A DNA stretch of 53,385 nucleotides, counting the filler, from Basidioascus undulatus (taxonomy: Eukaryota), in the NCBI GenBank assembly GCA_000826855.1. It is 3 parts of 3 records of this genome, joined end to end, with 100 filler letters (N's around TTAATTAATTAA, not from the genome) between each part and the next. Parts side by side here need not be neighbours in the genome. Positions count along the whole stretch, not along the records: positions 35,691 to 53,385 come from JTLS01000510.1; 2 more parts are not named here. The stretch is one strand, 5' to 3'. Within the stretch, counting starts at the first letter, position 1; each line of letters opens with the position of its first letter. The translations under genes were made by a program, and so were the position numbers. This document shows positions 40,214-51,853 of this stretch, piece after piece. A model generated the notes under the pieces. It saw only the letters and a program-made list of their open reading frames with translations, had not been told where the DNA came from and made no database searches.

Positions 40214-43200
40214 CTAAATGCCTTCGATAACCGTCGCGCCAACCTTGAGCGTCTCCCTCGCCACCTCGACGCCCCACCTAACGAGCTCCGTCTCCGCCTC
40301 GCCGCCACCGAGCACCTCCGCGCCGGGGCCTTTGCGCATCGTGCCGGAGAGGAACCAGAGCAGGCCTTGCGTGAGCGCGGGCAGCGGCGCGGCCTTCATG
40401 AACACGCCCTCGATCGCCGGCCGATCCTGCCTCGCCTTGCTCCGCGACTTGAGCACGAGCGTCGGCGACGCGCTCTGCGTCGAGAGGAGCAGGTACGCGA
40501 AGAAGTAGGCGAAGAAGCGCTGCGAGGTTGGTTGGAGCGTGGGGAAGTTGACGGGCTGCGACGAAACGAGGTGAGCGATCACCCACAGCTGTTTGTTTGT
40601 GAAAAGACCGAAAACGCACCTTGAACACCGTCAGCGACAGACCGCCCTTGGCGACCCACCACGCCGCCGCGCGCGCGACGTTCCGCATCCGGCCCTCTTC
40701 CAGGCCCTTCCCGCCGCCGGCCGCCGCTGCCCCGCCGCCCTTGAGGAGCCCCGCGCCGCCGACGCTCGACTCGCCCATCTCGCGCATAAAGTCCCACAGG
40801 CAGTACTGCAGCGTGATGCGAGACGAGTGCGAGGTTTTAAGCAGGTGTGACGCCACGAGCGCGTAGAACGGGTTGTAGGTCTTCTCCTGCGGGCGGGCGG
40901 AGCAGTGTGAGCGGGGAGGAAGCCATGGGGTGGGGTAAGAAGCCAGAGGTAAGGGGAGACGCACGTTCCCGCAGCAGTGTAGAATCACGCGCATGATCTC
41001 CCGCTGCTGGATCTCCGAGAGTCCCATGCCGAGCAGGCGCTCGCACGCATCGATGTAGTCCTGCGCAGCGCACCCTTCATCAGCTCCTCGCCCCTATCCA
41101 CCCTCATGCATAAAGAGAAGCAGACGCACCTCGCTGCTCATCAAGACCACGAAGATGCTCCTGCGGATATCGGTGTTCATGCCCTGCCGGCGCGCAAGCC
41201 TGAGGAGCTCCGACTCCTCCGCCTTCGCAGCCTTGCTCGCGGCCGCCGCGTCCTTGGCCGTGTCGAGCAGCGGGTTCCCGCCCCACCCGGCACCGACGAT
41301 CCACCACCGGCCCTTGGACTCGGCGGAGCGCAGGTCGGCTAACGAGACGCGCAGGGGCTCGTGCGACATCACTGCGGTCGGGGCTAGCTGAGCTGGATGG
41401 GGATGAGATAGGAAGAGAGATGCACGGACCAGTCCGTTTTTTGGAGAGACCTGATAGATACTTCTTCATCCGCGTGCGCGTCTCCTCACCGCCCGTCCCG
41501 CCAGGAAGCGCCTTGAGCCGGTTGTTCTTCAGGTTCGTGAGCGTCTCAAGCATGAACCTCGTGCGGCTCCTGCCAACTCATATTTCAACATCAGCAATCA
41601 CATTCCAGCGAACAAAGGTTGGTAAGAGGTTCAGCAGACGCACGATACGCGAGCAGCGTCCTGCGACTCCGTCTGCTTTTGCACGGCGAGCACGATGTCC
41701 TTGAGCGCGGTCGGGTCGTCCGACCTGAGCTGCTGTCCGGCACCTATTCACCCCCTCGCTAAACCATCAGCACTCATAAAAACACGCCCAGTCCCCCGGA
41801 AGACACAACGCACTCCGCAAGATGCGCATGAGCCCCTCCACCTCCACCTCCGCCATCCCGCGCTCGCGCTCGCCCTCCGCGCCGATGAGCGCGCGCACGA
41901 GGTCGTACACGAGCAGGCACGACACCACGCCGAGGTTGTACAGCTCCGCGAGGAGCGAGAGGAGGTTCAGGGACTCTTTCCCGCCCTCGTTCTCTTCCGA
42001 GGTGGAAGAGAGAGGGCGCGAGTCGAATTGCTGGATGAGGGTCTGGACGAAGTGCGCGGCTGCGAGAGGGGTGAGGTGTGAGCGGGTGGTGAAGGGGAGA
42101 GAGGGAGGGGGCAAGCGCACCAAACTCGATACCGATTATGCGGTGGAGGGCGGAGACAAGACCGGCGTAGAGGATGGTGAAGGAGTCGAGCATGTTTGCA
42201 CGCGTGGAGAGCGTGGACAGGACGAGGCGCGAGATGGTGGTGGTGACATCTGCGGTAGGCGTCAGAGTGCGGTCCGCCCATCACAAGTACAGCCTGCGAA
42301 GCGGACGCACCGTGCCGAGGATGCGAGCGGTACAGCGCCTCGAGGCCAGTGAGGATGGAGTCGATGTTGGCTTCGCTCAGCCTGCAATCCAAAGTCAGTG
42401 TTACTCCTGTGAGAGGATAGGCACCCTGCGAATGACTTCAGTGCCGCACCTATTCAGCAGACCCTTCGCTGCCTTCTCCAGCCGAGCCAGATCCTCTGCG
42501 CGTTCAGGTGTCTCCTGTGGAGCAGCGGACGCCGACGCCGATGAAGCGGCGGCGGCGGCGGCGGCGCGTCGCATTGCGGGGGGGACGTACTTGGCGGGTG
42601 CGGAGGGTTGAGCTGGAATGCGCACTGTGGGTCAGGCTTCTCGCAGGGAGATGAAACAGTTTTTCGAAAAGGGAAGACGTACCAGGTGCAGCAGGAGTCG
42701 AAGCGTCCGCCAGCGCTTCAGTCGAATCTGGTGCGCCAGCGTCTTCGTCGTCGGACTCCTCCTCGTCGCTGATGCCCCCCCACTCACCGCCGAGGTCGGC
42801 ATCCGCGTCCTCGTCGCTGCCCGGCTCGCTCTCCTCCTCATCCTCTTGGTCTTCATCGCCTTCGCTCTCGCCCTCGCTCCCCTCCTCATCCTCGCTCTCG
42901 CCACCCTCGCTCGGCTCGCTCTCGCTCTCCCCGACGTCCGTAACGATGTGGTCCAGGTGGTCGAGCAGGTCTGTCGCCGCACCGCATTCCACCCCCTTCC
43001 TGCATCAGACACGCCTCCCGCACATTCCCCAGAGCAATCCAAGACGCACCGTCCAAACCGTCGTCCTCCCCATCCTTCTTCTCCCCTCTGAGCTTGTACT
43101 CCAACCAAGCGATCTCATCATCCTCCGGGTCGCCCATGCGTCTCCTCTTTCTCGCCTTAGACGGCTTCTCCATCTCCGCCGCAAGCTTCTCGAGCGCGGT

Positions 43201-43679
43201 CCGCTTCGGCTTAGGCTGCGCGGCCGGCGCCTTGGTGGGCTTGCGCTTTGCGCCGCACTCGGCGGGGGTGGAGGCAGAGGAGGTGGGTTTCGAGGCTGGC
43301 GGAGCGCGCTCGCGGCCAGTTGTGCGAGCGTCGTTGGGGTCAAGGGCGCGCGTGGGCTGGGGTGGGCGCCCGCCAGAGAAGAACGACGCCTTCGCGGCCT
43401 TCTTGGATGAGCGGGCGTCCTTCCTCGCCTCCTCCCGGCCGACCACTCCGCCGCCGCGCTTGCCCGCGCGGCCGCCATGATCGCGCTGGTAATTTTCTGT
43501 GTGTTTCTCATTGAGTTCCCAGGGGAAAAGGGATACAGGAGAAGGTAGTATTGCACACCTGCTTCCTGCTCGTCCAGCTCGGCCCTGAGCGCCTCGGGCA
43601 GGCGCGTCGTGCTGCTTGTGCTCGCACGGGGCTTGCCCGTGCGCGTACGGCCTGAATGGCCACCGCGTGTACCTACCAT
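40214..43679 (-). CDS. SGD1: Nucleolar MIF4G/MA3 protein Sgd1/NOM1
   Basis: EDDEIAWLEYKL, KYVPPAMR, KGLLNRLSEANI, LHRIIGIEFAAHFVQ, KESLNLLSLLAELYNLGVVSCLLVYD, GQQLRSDDPTALKDI, SRTRFMLETLTNLKNN, KGRWWIVGAGW, LARRQGMNTDIRRSIFVVLMSSEDYIDACERL, HCCGNEKTYNPFY. Confidence 0.95.
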
Positions 43680-44020
43680 AGTAGTGAGGAAATAAAGTGG
43701 ATAGTTTTGGGGGAGAGTTTGTGCGTTGGTGGAAGACCCGAAGGCAAGAAGCCGACGAGAAGGGGCTCGCGAAGTTTCGTGGGAAAAGCGTGGCGAGCAC
43801 CTTGCCTGTTATCTGTCACCTGTCAAGTGGCAAATGCTGTTGCGGCATTGCTTCAGTGTGAGCGAGCTGGGATTACATTAACCTTCGTCTTCTGGATGTG
43901 AGGGTCATATGTAGGCATGCTGTTTCTTGAAAGTTACCTGAGAAAGGGCAGAATTAGTGCGTGAACCCTGCAGAGCATCATGACAGTCGTCCGAGAGGAT
44001 CGCGAGCGTCTTCTTTCGTC

Positions 44021-47000
44021 ATGCCATCATCGTCCTTTCACTGTGCCCTGCGGCTTCCAGTCGCCCATACCGCACGACGAGCAACCTGCCCACGTTTCCA
44101 GTCTCTCAGATCTCTTCCATCAACACGCCCATCAACCTCTCACACGACAAGGGCGATCTCGACTTCAACGAGGATGGCGTCGACGCAAGCTGCCCCCGGC
44201 GTACCGCCCGGCGCACGCAACCGCCTCGCAAAGGCCAAGTCGCCTTATCTTTTGCAGCATGCTTCGAATCCGTGAGTTCATATGTCGTGGATGAGTCCGG
44301 AGACCCTGCGGCTGAAGGTGTGGGTCGAAGGGTCGACTGGTACGAGTGGGGCCAGGAGGCCTTCGATGCCGCGAAGGAGCGGGATGTTCCCATCTTTCTT
44401 TCAATCGGTTATTCTGCGTGCCACTGGTGCCACTCAATGGCGTCCGCGATTTATCTATAAATTGCAGGTAGTCAATCGCTCACACAATCCACGGCGTCGT
44501 ACAGTCATGAGTCGTTCGAGAACCCGGCCATCGCCCAAATCATGAACGAGAACTACGTGAACATCAAAGTGCGTCATTCTCCTCATTCACATTTCACAGA
44601 TATTCTGACAGAGAAAGACAACGCACAGGTCGACCGTGAGGAGCGGCCGGACGTCGACAGCCTGTATATGCTCTTTCAGCGTACGCACCGTTGCAACAGC
44701 CTGTTTGACACCGTACTGATTTTACATTTCATTTTTCTAGAGGCTACGAGCGGACGTGGCGGATGGCCTCTTTCTGTCTGTAAGTAGTTCGTCGAAGCCA
44801 GCTCAGACTTCGGTAGGGTTGAAAAACTCCCCGAAGTCCTCACCCCCGAGCTTCATCCCTTCTTCTCCGGGACGTACTGGCCCCCGCGCGGCTCGCTCGG
44901 GCGCCCCGGTTTCCCAGACGTCCTGCAGCGCATCGCGCAAGTCTGGCGAGAGGACCCCTCGAAGGTCCGGGAGTCGGGCGCCAGCGTGATTGCGCAGCTG
45001 GCCAAGCTCTCATCCGTCTGTCCCATTTGCCTCCCTTTCTCTCTTCCGCTGCTTTAAGAAACTTTCTCATTATTGTGTGATATTATAGAGCTCCGCCAGC
45101 TCCTCCACCCCCGCCGACGTCGACCCGCCCATCAGCGCGTCCAAGATCTACGCGCACCTCTCGCAGCGCTTCGACCCACGCCACGGGGGGTTCTCCACCG
45201 CGCCCAAGTTCCCCTCGCCCTCGCAGACCCTGCGTTTCTTAAGCCGGTACGCAGCGTACCTCGCCAGCGAGAAGACAGCCGGGAAGGTCCTTCCCCCGGG
45301 CCCGGCTGGTGCGGCCGAGCGCAAGGAGAGCAGCGCGAGGATGGGGCTGAAGACGCTGAAGGGGATGTGGGAAGGGTGAGTGAGCGGGGTAGGAGGGATG
45401 TGGAGGGGAAACTGATGGGATATGCGGGGGGGTAGCGGCATACATGATTGGGTTGGGAATGGATTCTCGAGGTACTCGGTCGACGAGAGGGTGAGTTTCC
45501 AGCCATCTACATCCCAGTACTGACACTTTGCTCATCCGGACACACTGTCGGGGCAGTGGCACCTTCCCCACTGTAAGTCTTATTTACACCAGACCGCAGA
45601 ACCGCTAACGCAGACGCTGCCCCGGAACAGTCGAGTAAGTATTCAGCGCTGCCCTCGCCCCTTCCAACACTTATAACAACAAGCGCTGACAATCCCTCAG
45701 AAAAATGCTGTATGACGAAGCGCAGCTCATCTCGTCCGCGCTCGAGCTCGCGCTGCTCCCGCCCAACGTCGGCCTGCTCAACGCCGAGCGTGAGCTCCTC
45801 TTCGACTTCGCGGCGGACATCATCCGCTACAGCACGCGGGACATGGCGAACCCTATGGGCGGTTTCTTTTCCGCTGGTAGTGTTCGAATGCTCTTCTCCC
45901 TCATGCCCGACGTTGCTCATGTGGTGCGCTTTGCAGAGGACGCTGACAGCTTTGAGAAGTACGGCGACACGCACCCGAAAGAGGTTGGTCCACGTTCGAG
46001 ACTAGTTCAGAGCGGAAGGGCTAACATTGGGGATGTGACAGGGCGCATTCTACGTCTGGACCGCTCAGGAAATCGACGATGTACTAGCCCCGCTCGAGAA
46101 GGCCGAAGGCGTCGGCAAAGGCCCGCTCACCCCGGCGGACGTGTTCAAGCACCAGTTCGGTGTGAAGCCGGACGGGAACGTCGATCCGCAGTATGACATC
46201 CAGGGCGAGCTTGTCGGAAAGGTAAGGTAATGTCTTATGCTGTGCGGTTGCTTGAATAGAACGCTAATACAGTCTCATCCGGCAGAATGTTCTGTATCTC
46301 GCCTCACACTCGGACGAGACGGCCCTCGCAACCGGGCGGAGCGTCGAGGAGGTGGACAAGATCGTCTCCGAGGGTCTCAAGATGCTCAAAGACTACCGCG
46401 ACACGAAGCGCCCGCGGCCGCACCTGGACGACAAGATCGTCACTGCTTGGCAAGGACTCATGGTGCGTTGCATTAATTCGGTCTGAGCAAGACGCAAGCT
46501 CATGTCTTGACCGTCTTTACGTAGATTTCCGCGCTCTCCACCGCCTTCACGGCCTTGCCGAAGCGGTACGAGACGCTGGCAGCTCAGGCGCTGTCGCTCG
46601 CCGAGTCGAGCGCGCTGTTCGTCAAAGCCAATGTGTACAACAAGGAGACGGGCGAGCTTAGGCGCAGCTGGAGGGAGGGCCGTGGGCCGTGAGTATTTCC
46701 AAGTTCCATCGCTGTTTACCCGAACGCTGAAACAGGCTTGCTACAGGGTCGGACAAGCGGACGACTATGCTTTCCTCATTGACGTGCGTAACACCAGGCG
46801 GATTGATAGAGAAAGACGTCTCATCTCTTTGCTAACAGGGCCTCATTAACCTCTACCAAGCCACCGGGAAGGAGGAGTACGTCACTTGGGCGATCGACCT
46901 TCAAGCGAAGCAGGACGAGATCTTTTACGACCATGAAAACGGCGGCGTGAGCTTTTGAAACTTTCCGAGAAGCATCTTCGACGCGTACTGACAGTGAATT

Positions 47001-47647
47001 ATCCCACAGTACTTTTCGACTGCGCCGGACCCGTCCATCCTTATCCGTCTGAAAGACTTCCAGGTCATTATCACGCTCATTCTGCTACCTTCAGGCTATG
47101 ATTGACACGCCCAGATGATCAGGACGGCGCCGAGCCCTCTGCTCTGTCCGTGACGCTCCTTAACCTCGAGCGTCTGTCCGCATATGCGGAGGACAACCAC
47201 GTTGTGTACAGCGAGCGCTTCGAAGGCGCGGTCAAGGCGAACGCAGCGATGATTTCGAAAGCGCCGCATGCGCTTGCGACGAGCGTCAACGCGCTGCTCG
47301 ACCGCTTTGTTGGGCACAAGCAGGTGCGCCAACCTTCCCAATTTCCTATTCTTTTCAAACGACACTTACCATCGCACCCACAGATCATCGTGACGGGCCA
47401 GCAGCGCGACCCGCGGACGCAGCAGCTGCTCGCGGCGGTCCGCAGCCGCTTCATCCCCAACCTCGTTCTCATCCATTTCGATCCGACCGCTCCGCCCAAG
47501 CAGCTCGCCGAGAAGAACGCAACGCTGCGCTCGCTGATTGAGAGCAACTTGGAGGGGGAGGTTACGCCCAATGTGCGGGTGTGCGAGAACTTTGCTTGTG
47601 GGCTGCCGGTTACGGCCCTCGAGGAGGTGGAGAAGGTCATCGCCTGA
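44021..47647 (+). CDS. SPATA20/SSP411/YyaL-family protein (DUF255 thioredoxin-like plus six-hairpin glycosidase-like)
   Basis: [145 protein letters not shown]. ATGs at 44021 and 44174. Confidence 0.95.
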
Positions 47648-48099
47648 GCAAAGGAAACTCATGAATCGCTTGATTCTGTGATACAGGCTCTGCAGCGTTA
47701 TTTTTTGTGCAAGGAGTAGTTGAAGCCGGGCTTTGCGCTTTCGTCCGGCAAGATCGTGGACTCCCAAAAGCTTCGTCCAGTGGTGCAGTCTGACTCTTCC
47801 TCCACCCTGCCGCGCTCTACAACAGTTAAAGAAATTACACCTCACTTACGGAGATGACGCGCGGATGCCAGTGTGAACGGTCGAGCTGCACCTGCTGCTA
47901 TTGTTTGCCCGGCGACAACACTATTTCCCCGACCTCTCGCGTTTCGAAAAAAAGAAGTATTGAGATGAGCCAAGAATCTGGAAGTTGACGGGGGCGTATC
48001 CCGTGGCCGCTGATCCGTCCGCGAGAGTTCAAGGCACGCAAGCGGTGTTGGGCGCGCAAATTTGTCTGCTGCCGCTTGACTCCCGACATCCACAATCTC

Positions 48100-49274
48100 A
48101 CTTACACCAGCCCTATCGTCGCAGACTCATTTTAGAATCAATACTGCATCGAGACGGTCGAGGTTGGTGTGACCCCCGAGGTCGGCGAGCTGTACGACAG
48201 CCCCTGCCGGCCCATCTACAACTACGCCATCATTTCGCCGCTCTCCTGCGGCATTTTCGACTTCAAATCGTCTTCAATCAAAGGCTTCTGAGTCGACTCT
48301 GTCACGGAGGAAGTCTGCGTCGTGCTCTACTCAAAGGCGACCTCCCGCCTCATGGTCTGCCGTCGCCCCTGGATGATGCACGTCTTCCCTCCGCTGGCGA
48401 AGTAAACGCAATGTGTTCCATCTCGTCCGGGAGCCCTCTTGGGCACGTCGAAATAGTCTTCCTCTACCGCGCCAAGCAAGGCGACGACTATACTCGCTCC
48501 GCTGCATCCAGCATCCCATGGATCCCACGCAACAAAAAAACAAAAAAATTGCTCTTCAGGTGAGACTTGAACTCACAACCTCCCGATTAACAGTCGGACG
48601 CGCTAACCAATTGCGCCACCGAAGATTGCGGCCTTTAGTCCCCTGAATATATTGCTAATCATTGTCCATTTGTAGTCCAATGTCCGAGCTGTTGGGCAGT
48701 AATATCGGGGGCGCAATGCTCAATCCGCTCTCCCTCTCGAAGCTTCGGGAGCTCAGCTGGAACCACACTAAGAAGCAATCAGCTGGTGGGGTGTCTATCA
48801 GGTTTTGCGCCGGGCTTCTCTCCCAGCGTTGCAGAGGATCAACATCGGCAGCACCTGGTCCGACGGACACGCTCTGAATGAGATTCTGGGACGTTTCGGA
48901 GCAAACCCTCGCCATCTCTCCATCCAAACGTTCGGAGACATCTCTGGAGTCACGCTCACTGACTGTCCTCGCCTCCGGTACCTTCATCTTGGCAAGCGAC
49001 AACTCAGTCGGGGCAGTCCCGTTTTTGAGTTGGCACGCCCGTATCTCAGAATTCTTTGCATTAGTTTCAAGCGAGCTTGCAGGGACGTCAAAATCTCGAT
49101 GTGTTTTTCAAGAACCTGTCTCCGTCGCGAACACCCCATCTTTTTCGGATTGAGCTCTTCATAGATGAGCGGGCGGAATGCTGGACACCAGAGACTCTGA
49201 CGTGGTACAGCGAGATGGAGGGGTTGCTCGATGGAAAGGGTGTCGAGTTGTATTGTAAACATGCCCTTTCATGA
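48100..49274 (+). pseudogene. Decayed LRR/RNI-like (F-box-type) gene remnant
   Basis: LRR-like fragments in shifting frames: LSKLRELSW, LPALQRINIG, LTDCPRLRYLHLG, PYLRILCI, ending MEGLLDGKGVELY. Boundaries approximate. Confidence 0.45.
48552..48625 (-). tRNA. tRNA-Asn (GTT), intronless
   Basis: Reverse complement TCTTCGG TG GCGC AATTGGTTA GCGC G TCCGA CTGTTAA TCGGG AGGTT GTGAG TTCAAGT CTCAC CTGAAGA G: full cloverleaf, G73, T7 terminator downstream. Confidence 0.95.
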
Positions 49275-49821
49275 GACTGTACTTGCATTGTCTTCATTCT
49301 ACGCAACCTTCTTTCCTCTAGAAGTGATGTGTGCTCCTCAGCAACGTAAGCGTGTACGCTCCTCTCAGCCTAAGTGCCCCAGGAAGAGATCGGATTGTCC
49401 GGATTCAAGTTCATCTTCTCCATCTTTGAAGTACTATTGTGATACGCCTGCCTGCAGGTCTTGAGGATCGGCTCCTCCTGATTCGAGGCAAGAAATAAGC
49501 TTTTCTACTGTGGATCCCGGATTAGCCAGGCGAAACTTGCAATGTCAAGGGAACATTGCGTCGTTGACAGCGCTTGAAGCGGGAACCTTTTGGAATTCTT
49601 GAAGTACTCCCGTAAACTGACCAAAGGAAACCAAAATTAGCATGAATGCACACCCATTCATGACGAAAACGCCCCACGCCGTACCTCTGCTCCGCTCCGT
49701 AACACTGCGAGTATGCCCTGCCATGCTTGCCCTCTTACCACAGTCTCGCACGGCCACCTTCTGCAGTTCGTTCAGAATTGCAACATCGAACCAGTCCATC
49801 ACCTCTCGACTCTCTTTCAAC

Positions 49822-50090
49822 ATGGCGTCTCCATCGCTGCTCCTGCTCCCCAACGAGCTCCTCACCGGCATCCGCGACGCACTCCCGGACCTGCGCGACC
49901 TAGTCGCCTTCTCCCACACGTGCATTCGTCTGCGGAGCGTCTGAGACTGGGACTTCCTGGTCTCTCGTACGAGTTCTATAACAAGTTCTGGGTGGCTCAA
50001 AGGCACTGTTTTTGAAGTTCGGCCAGGATCTGCGCCCCCTAGGACATTCTCCCGCGTTGGGAGGAAGAGTTTGTCGAAAGGGGCACTGTG
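49822..50090 (+). pseudogene. F-box protein 5' fragment with premature stop
   Basis: MASPSLLLLPNELLTGIRDALPDLRDLVAFSHTCIRLRSV is an F-box motif followed at once by TGA (49942-49944). Confidence 0.6.
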
Positions 50091-51853
50091 AGTATGAACA
50101 CTCTCAAGTCCCTCCAATCCCCAGGTGGTGCTTTCGCTGACTGCTGCATGAGGACAGCCCGAGGAGTTACTAGCGGACGGCAATTGGCCAGGCTGTGAAA
50201 ATGATGCCGAAACTTCGATTACTTTACTCTCGAGCTGCCCGAGCAGTTTCCACTCAATTCGTCGCTGCTGTCTGCGCTGGCTTCATGCCGTTACTTGCGT
50301 TTCCTGGTCACCTCCATTCATCCCGCGCCCTTAACGTTCGACCGACTGGGCATTCCCAAACTTACCACGCTTGCATTGTGTACACTGCCACCTCCAGACG
50401 ACAGCTATCCGCGTCGACCAATATTGTCGTCCTCGTCGCCATTCTTGCCACGCCCCTTCTTCTCATTGTCGTCACCGTGCTCGTCATCCTGTTTATCGTC
50501 CTTCTTGTGGTCCTCTTTTTCGTGCTTCTTATCACACTTCTTCTCAATTTCTTCTTATCATTATCCTAGTCCGCTGAGTCAGCAACCCGCTCAGACAGCA
50601 CGACGCATTTTGGGGTGTGTGAGTGGATGAGAGAGGTTGGTGGATGGAATAAAGGATTGGGGGGATGGTATTGGTGGAGCGATTGGCGGGGGGGTTATAT
50701 ACTGGCGAGGAATGACGAAGCAGCTGATTCAGAGCAGGGCCCGCTGCGCTGCGCTGCGTCCAGGCTGCGTGACGGGCGGGCTGCGTTCGTCCCGCTTCTC
50801 CACCATACTTTTTTTTTAAAAACGCCTGACAGGGCTAGATACCGACTCCTTTGTGCCTGCGCTCCCGGAAGAGACTGGCTGCGAACTCATGCCCGTGCTC
50901 ACCGCTCAAGTCTGTGCGAGGGTAGGCAGACTGAGCAAGTATTGGGCTACATGTTTTCTGGAGTTTCAAGCAGGACTTCTGAAGAGGGGCCCTTGAATTC
51001 GAGGATGCAAGGTGGTCGGGGACGAGAAGACCACGGCCGGCGCAGGGGTACTACTGGGCTGCGCTGTGGGGCTTGCTGCCGCCCAGAAGGCTACTCCGGA
51101 ATTTGGCATGCTCAATAGGATATTCCAGTATGTTCACCGAAATGGTGGTTTGCCTGGAGATGTGGCGGATCGGAGCTCGAATGGAAAGCCCTGCCTCGAG
51201 AGTCCGTCTTCAGCGTGCGGCTGCGCCGTTCCACGGTTAACAGGACCTCTCCCAAGAAACTTTCACGAAAAGATCTACACCATTGCAGACAACTCCTTTT
51301 CTGGTAAAGATGCCATCAAGAGAGGAGTGCTTGTTGCATTTCAGTGCAACGACAATCTTTGGCAATCGAGTCTCGACCTTTCGCGTCACCGCGCGGCGAC
51401 CGCGATTGATCTTCTCCGCTCGCCCTCGCGTGGGTAGACAGCCGGTCAACATCCACGCCTCGCGCGTGTCTCAACCTGCCATCTCTGCCTCCGCAAACGC
51501 TTGTACATCGCAAAAGAATGCTCTAGAAAAAAACAATACTGCTGAATTTGGGGTACGGCCTCCGTAAATGGACAAGTCTGGAACTGGGGGGAGCGCCGGG
51601 GTGCAGGGCGGATAGGGGCTGAAAATGAGGTACCGGCTAGACGAGCGGCCCCTTGCCATTCTGTTCTCCCTTGCGCACGCAGTATCGCAGCACGCAGCAG
51701 CACGCTCCGCTCCACTCCCCAACCATCATCTTCCACCTTTTACCGCATACGCACCCACGCACACAGTAACGACACGACAGACGACTTTTGATGACTGCCT
51801 TATACGACTCGCACACCGATATACACACACATACCCTCGCTTGCTCTCCCTCT

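Noticed and set aside
50195..50608. Very hydrophobic + strand ORF and K/D/E-rich - strand peptide (EKKCDKKHEKEDHKKDDK...)
   Set aside because: The + ORF looks like the shadow of a purine-rich - strand segment, which cannot be joined to a start codon in frame. Possibly a decayed small gene, but unsupported.
51012..51437. 141-aa ORF with LRR-like words (LTGPLP, NSFSG)
   Set aside because: Single weak match, no ATG start or repeat periodicity.
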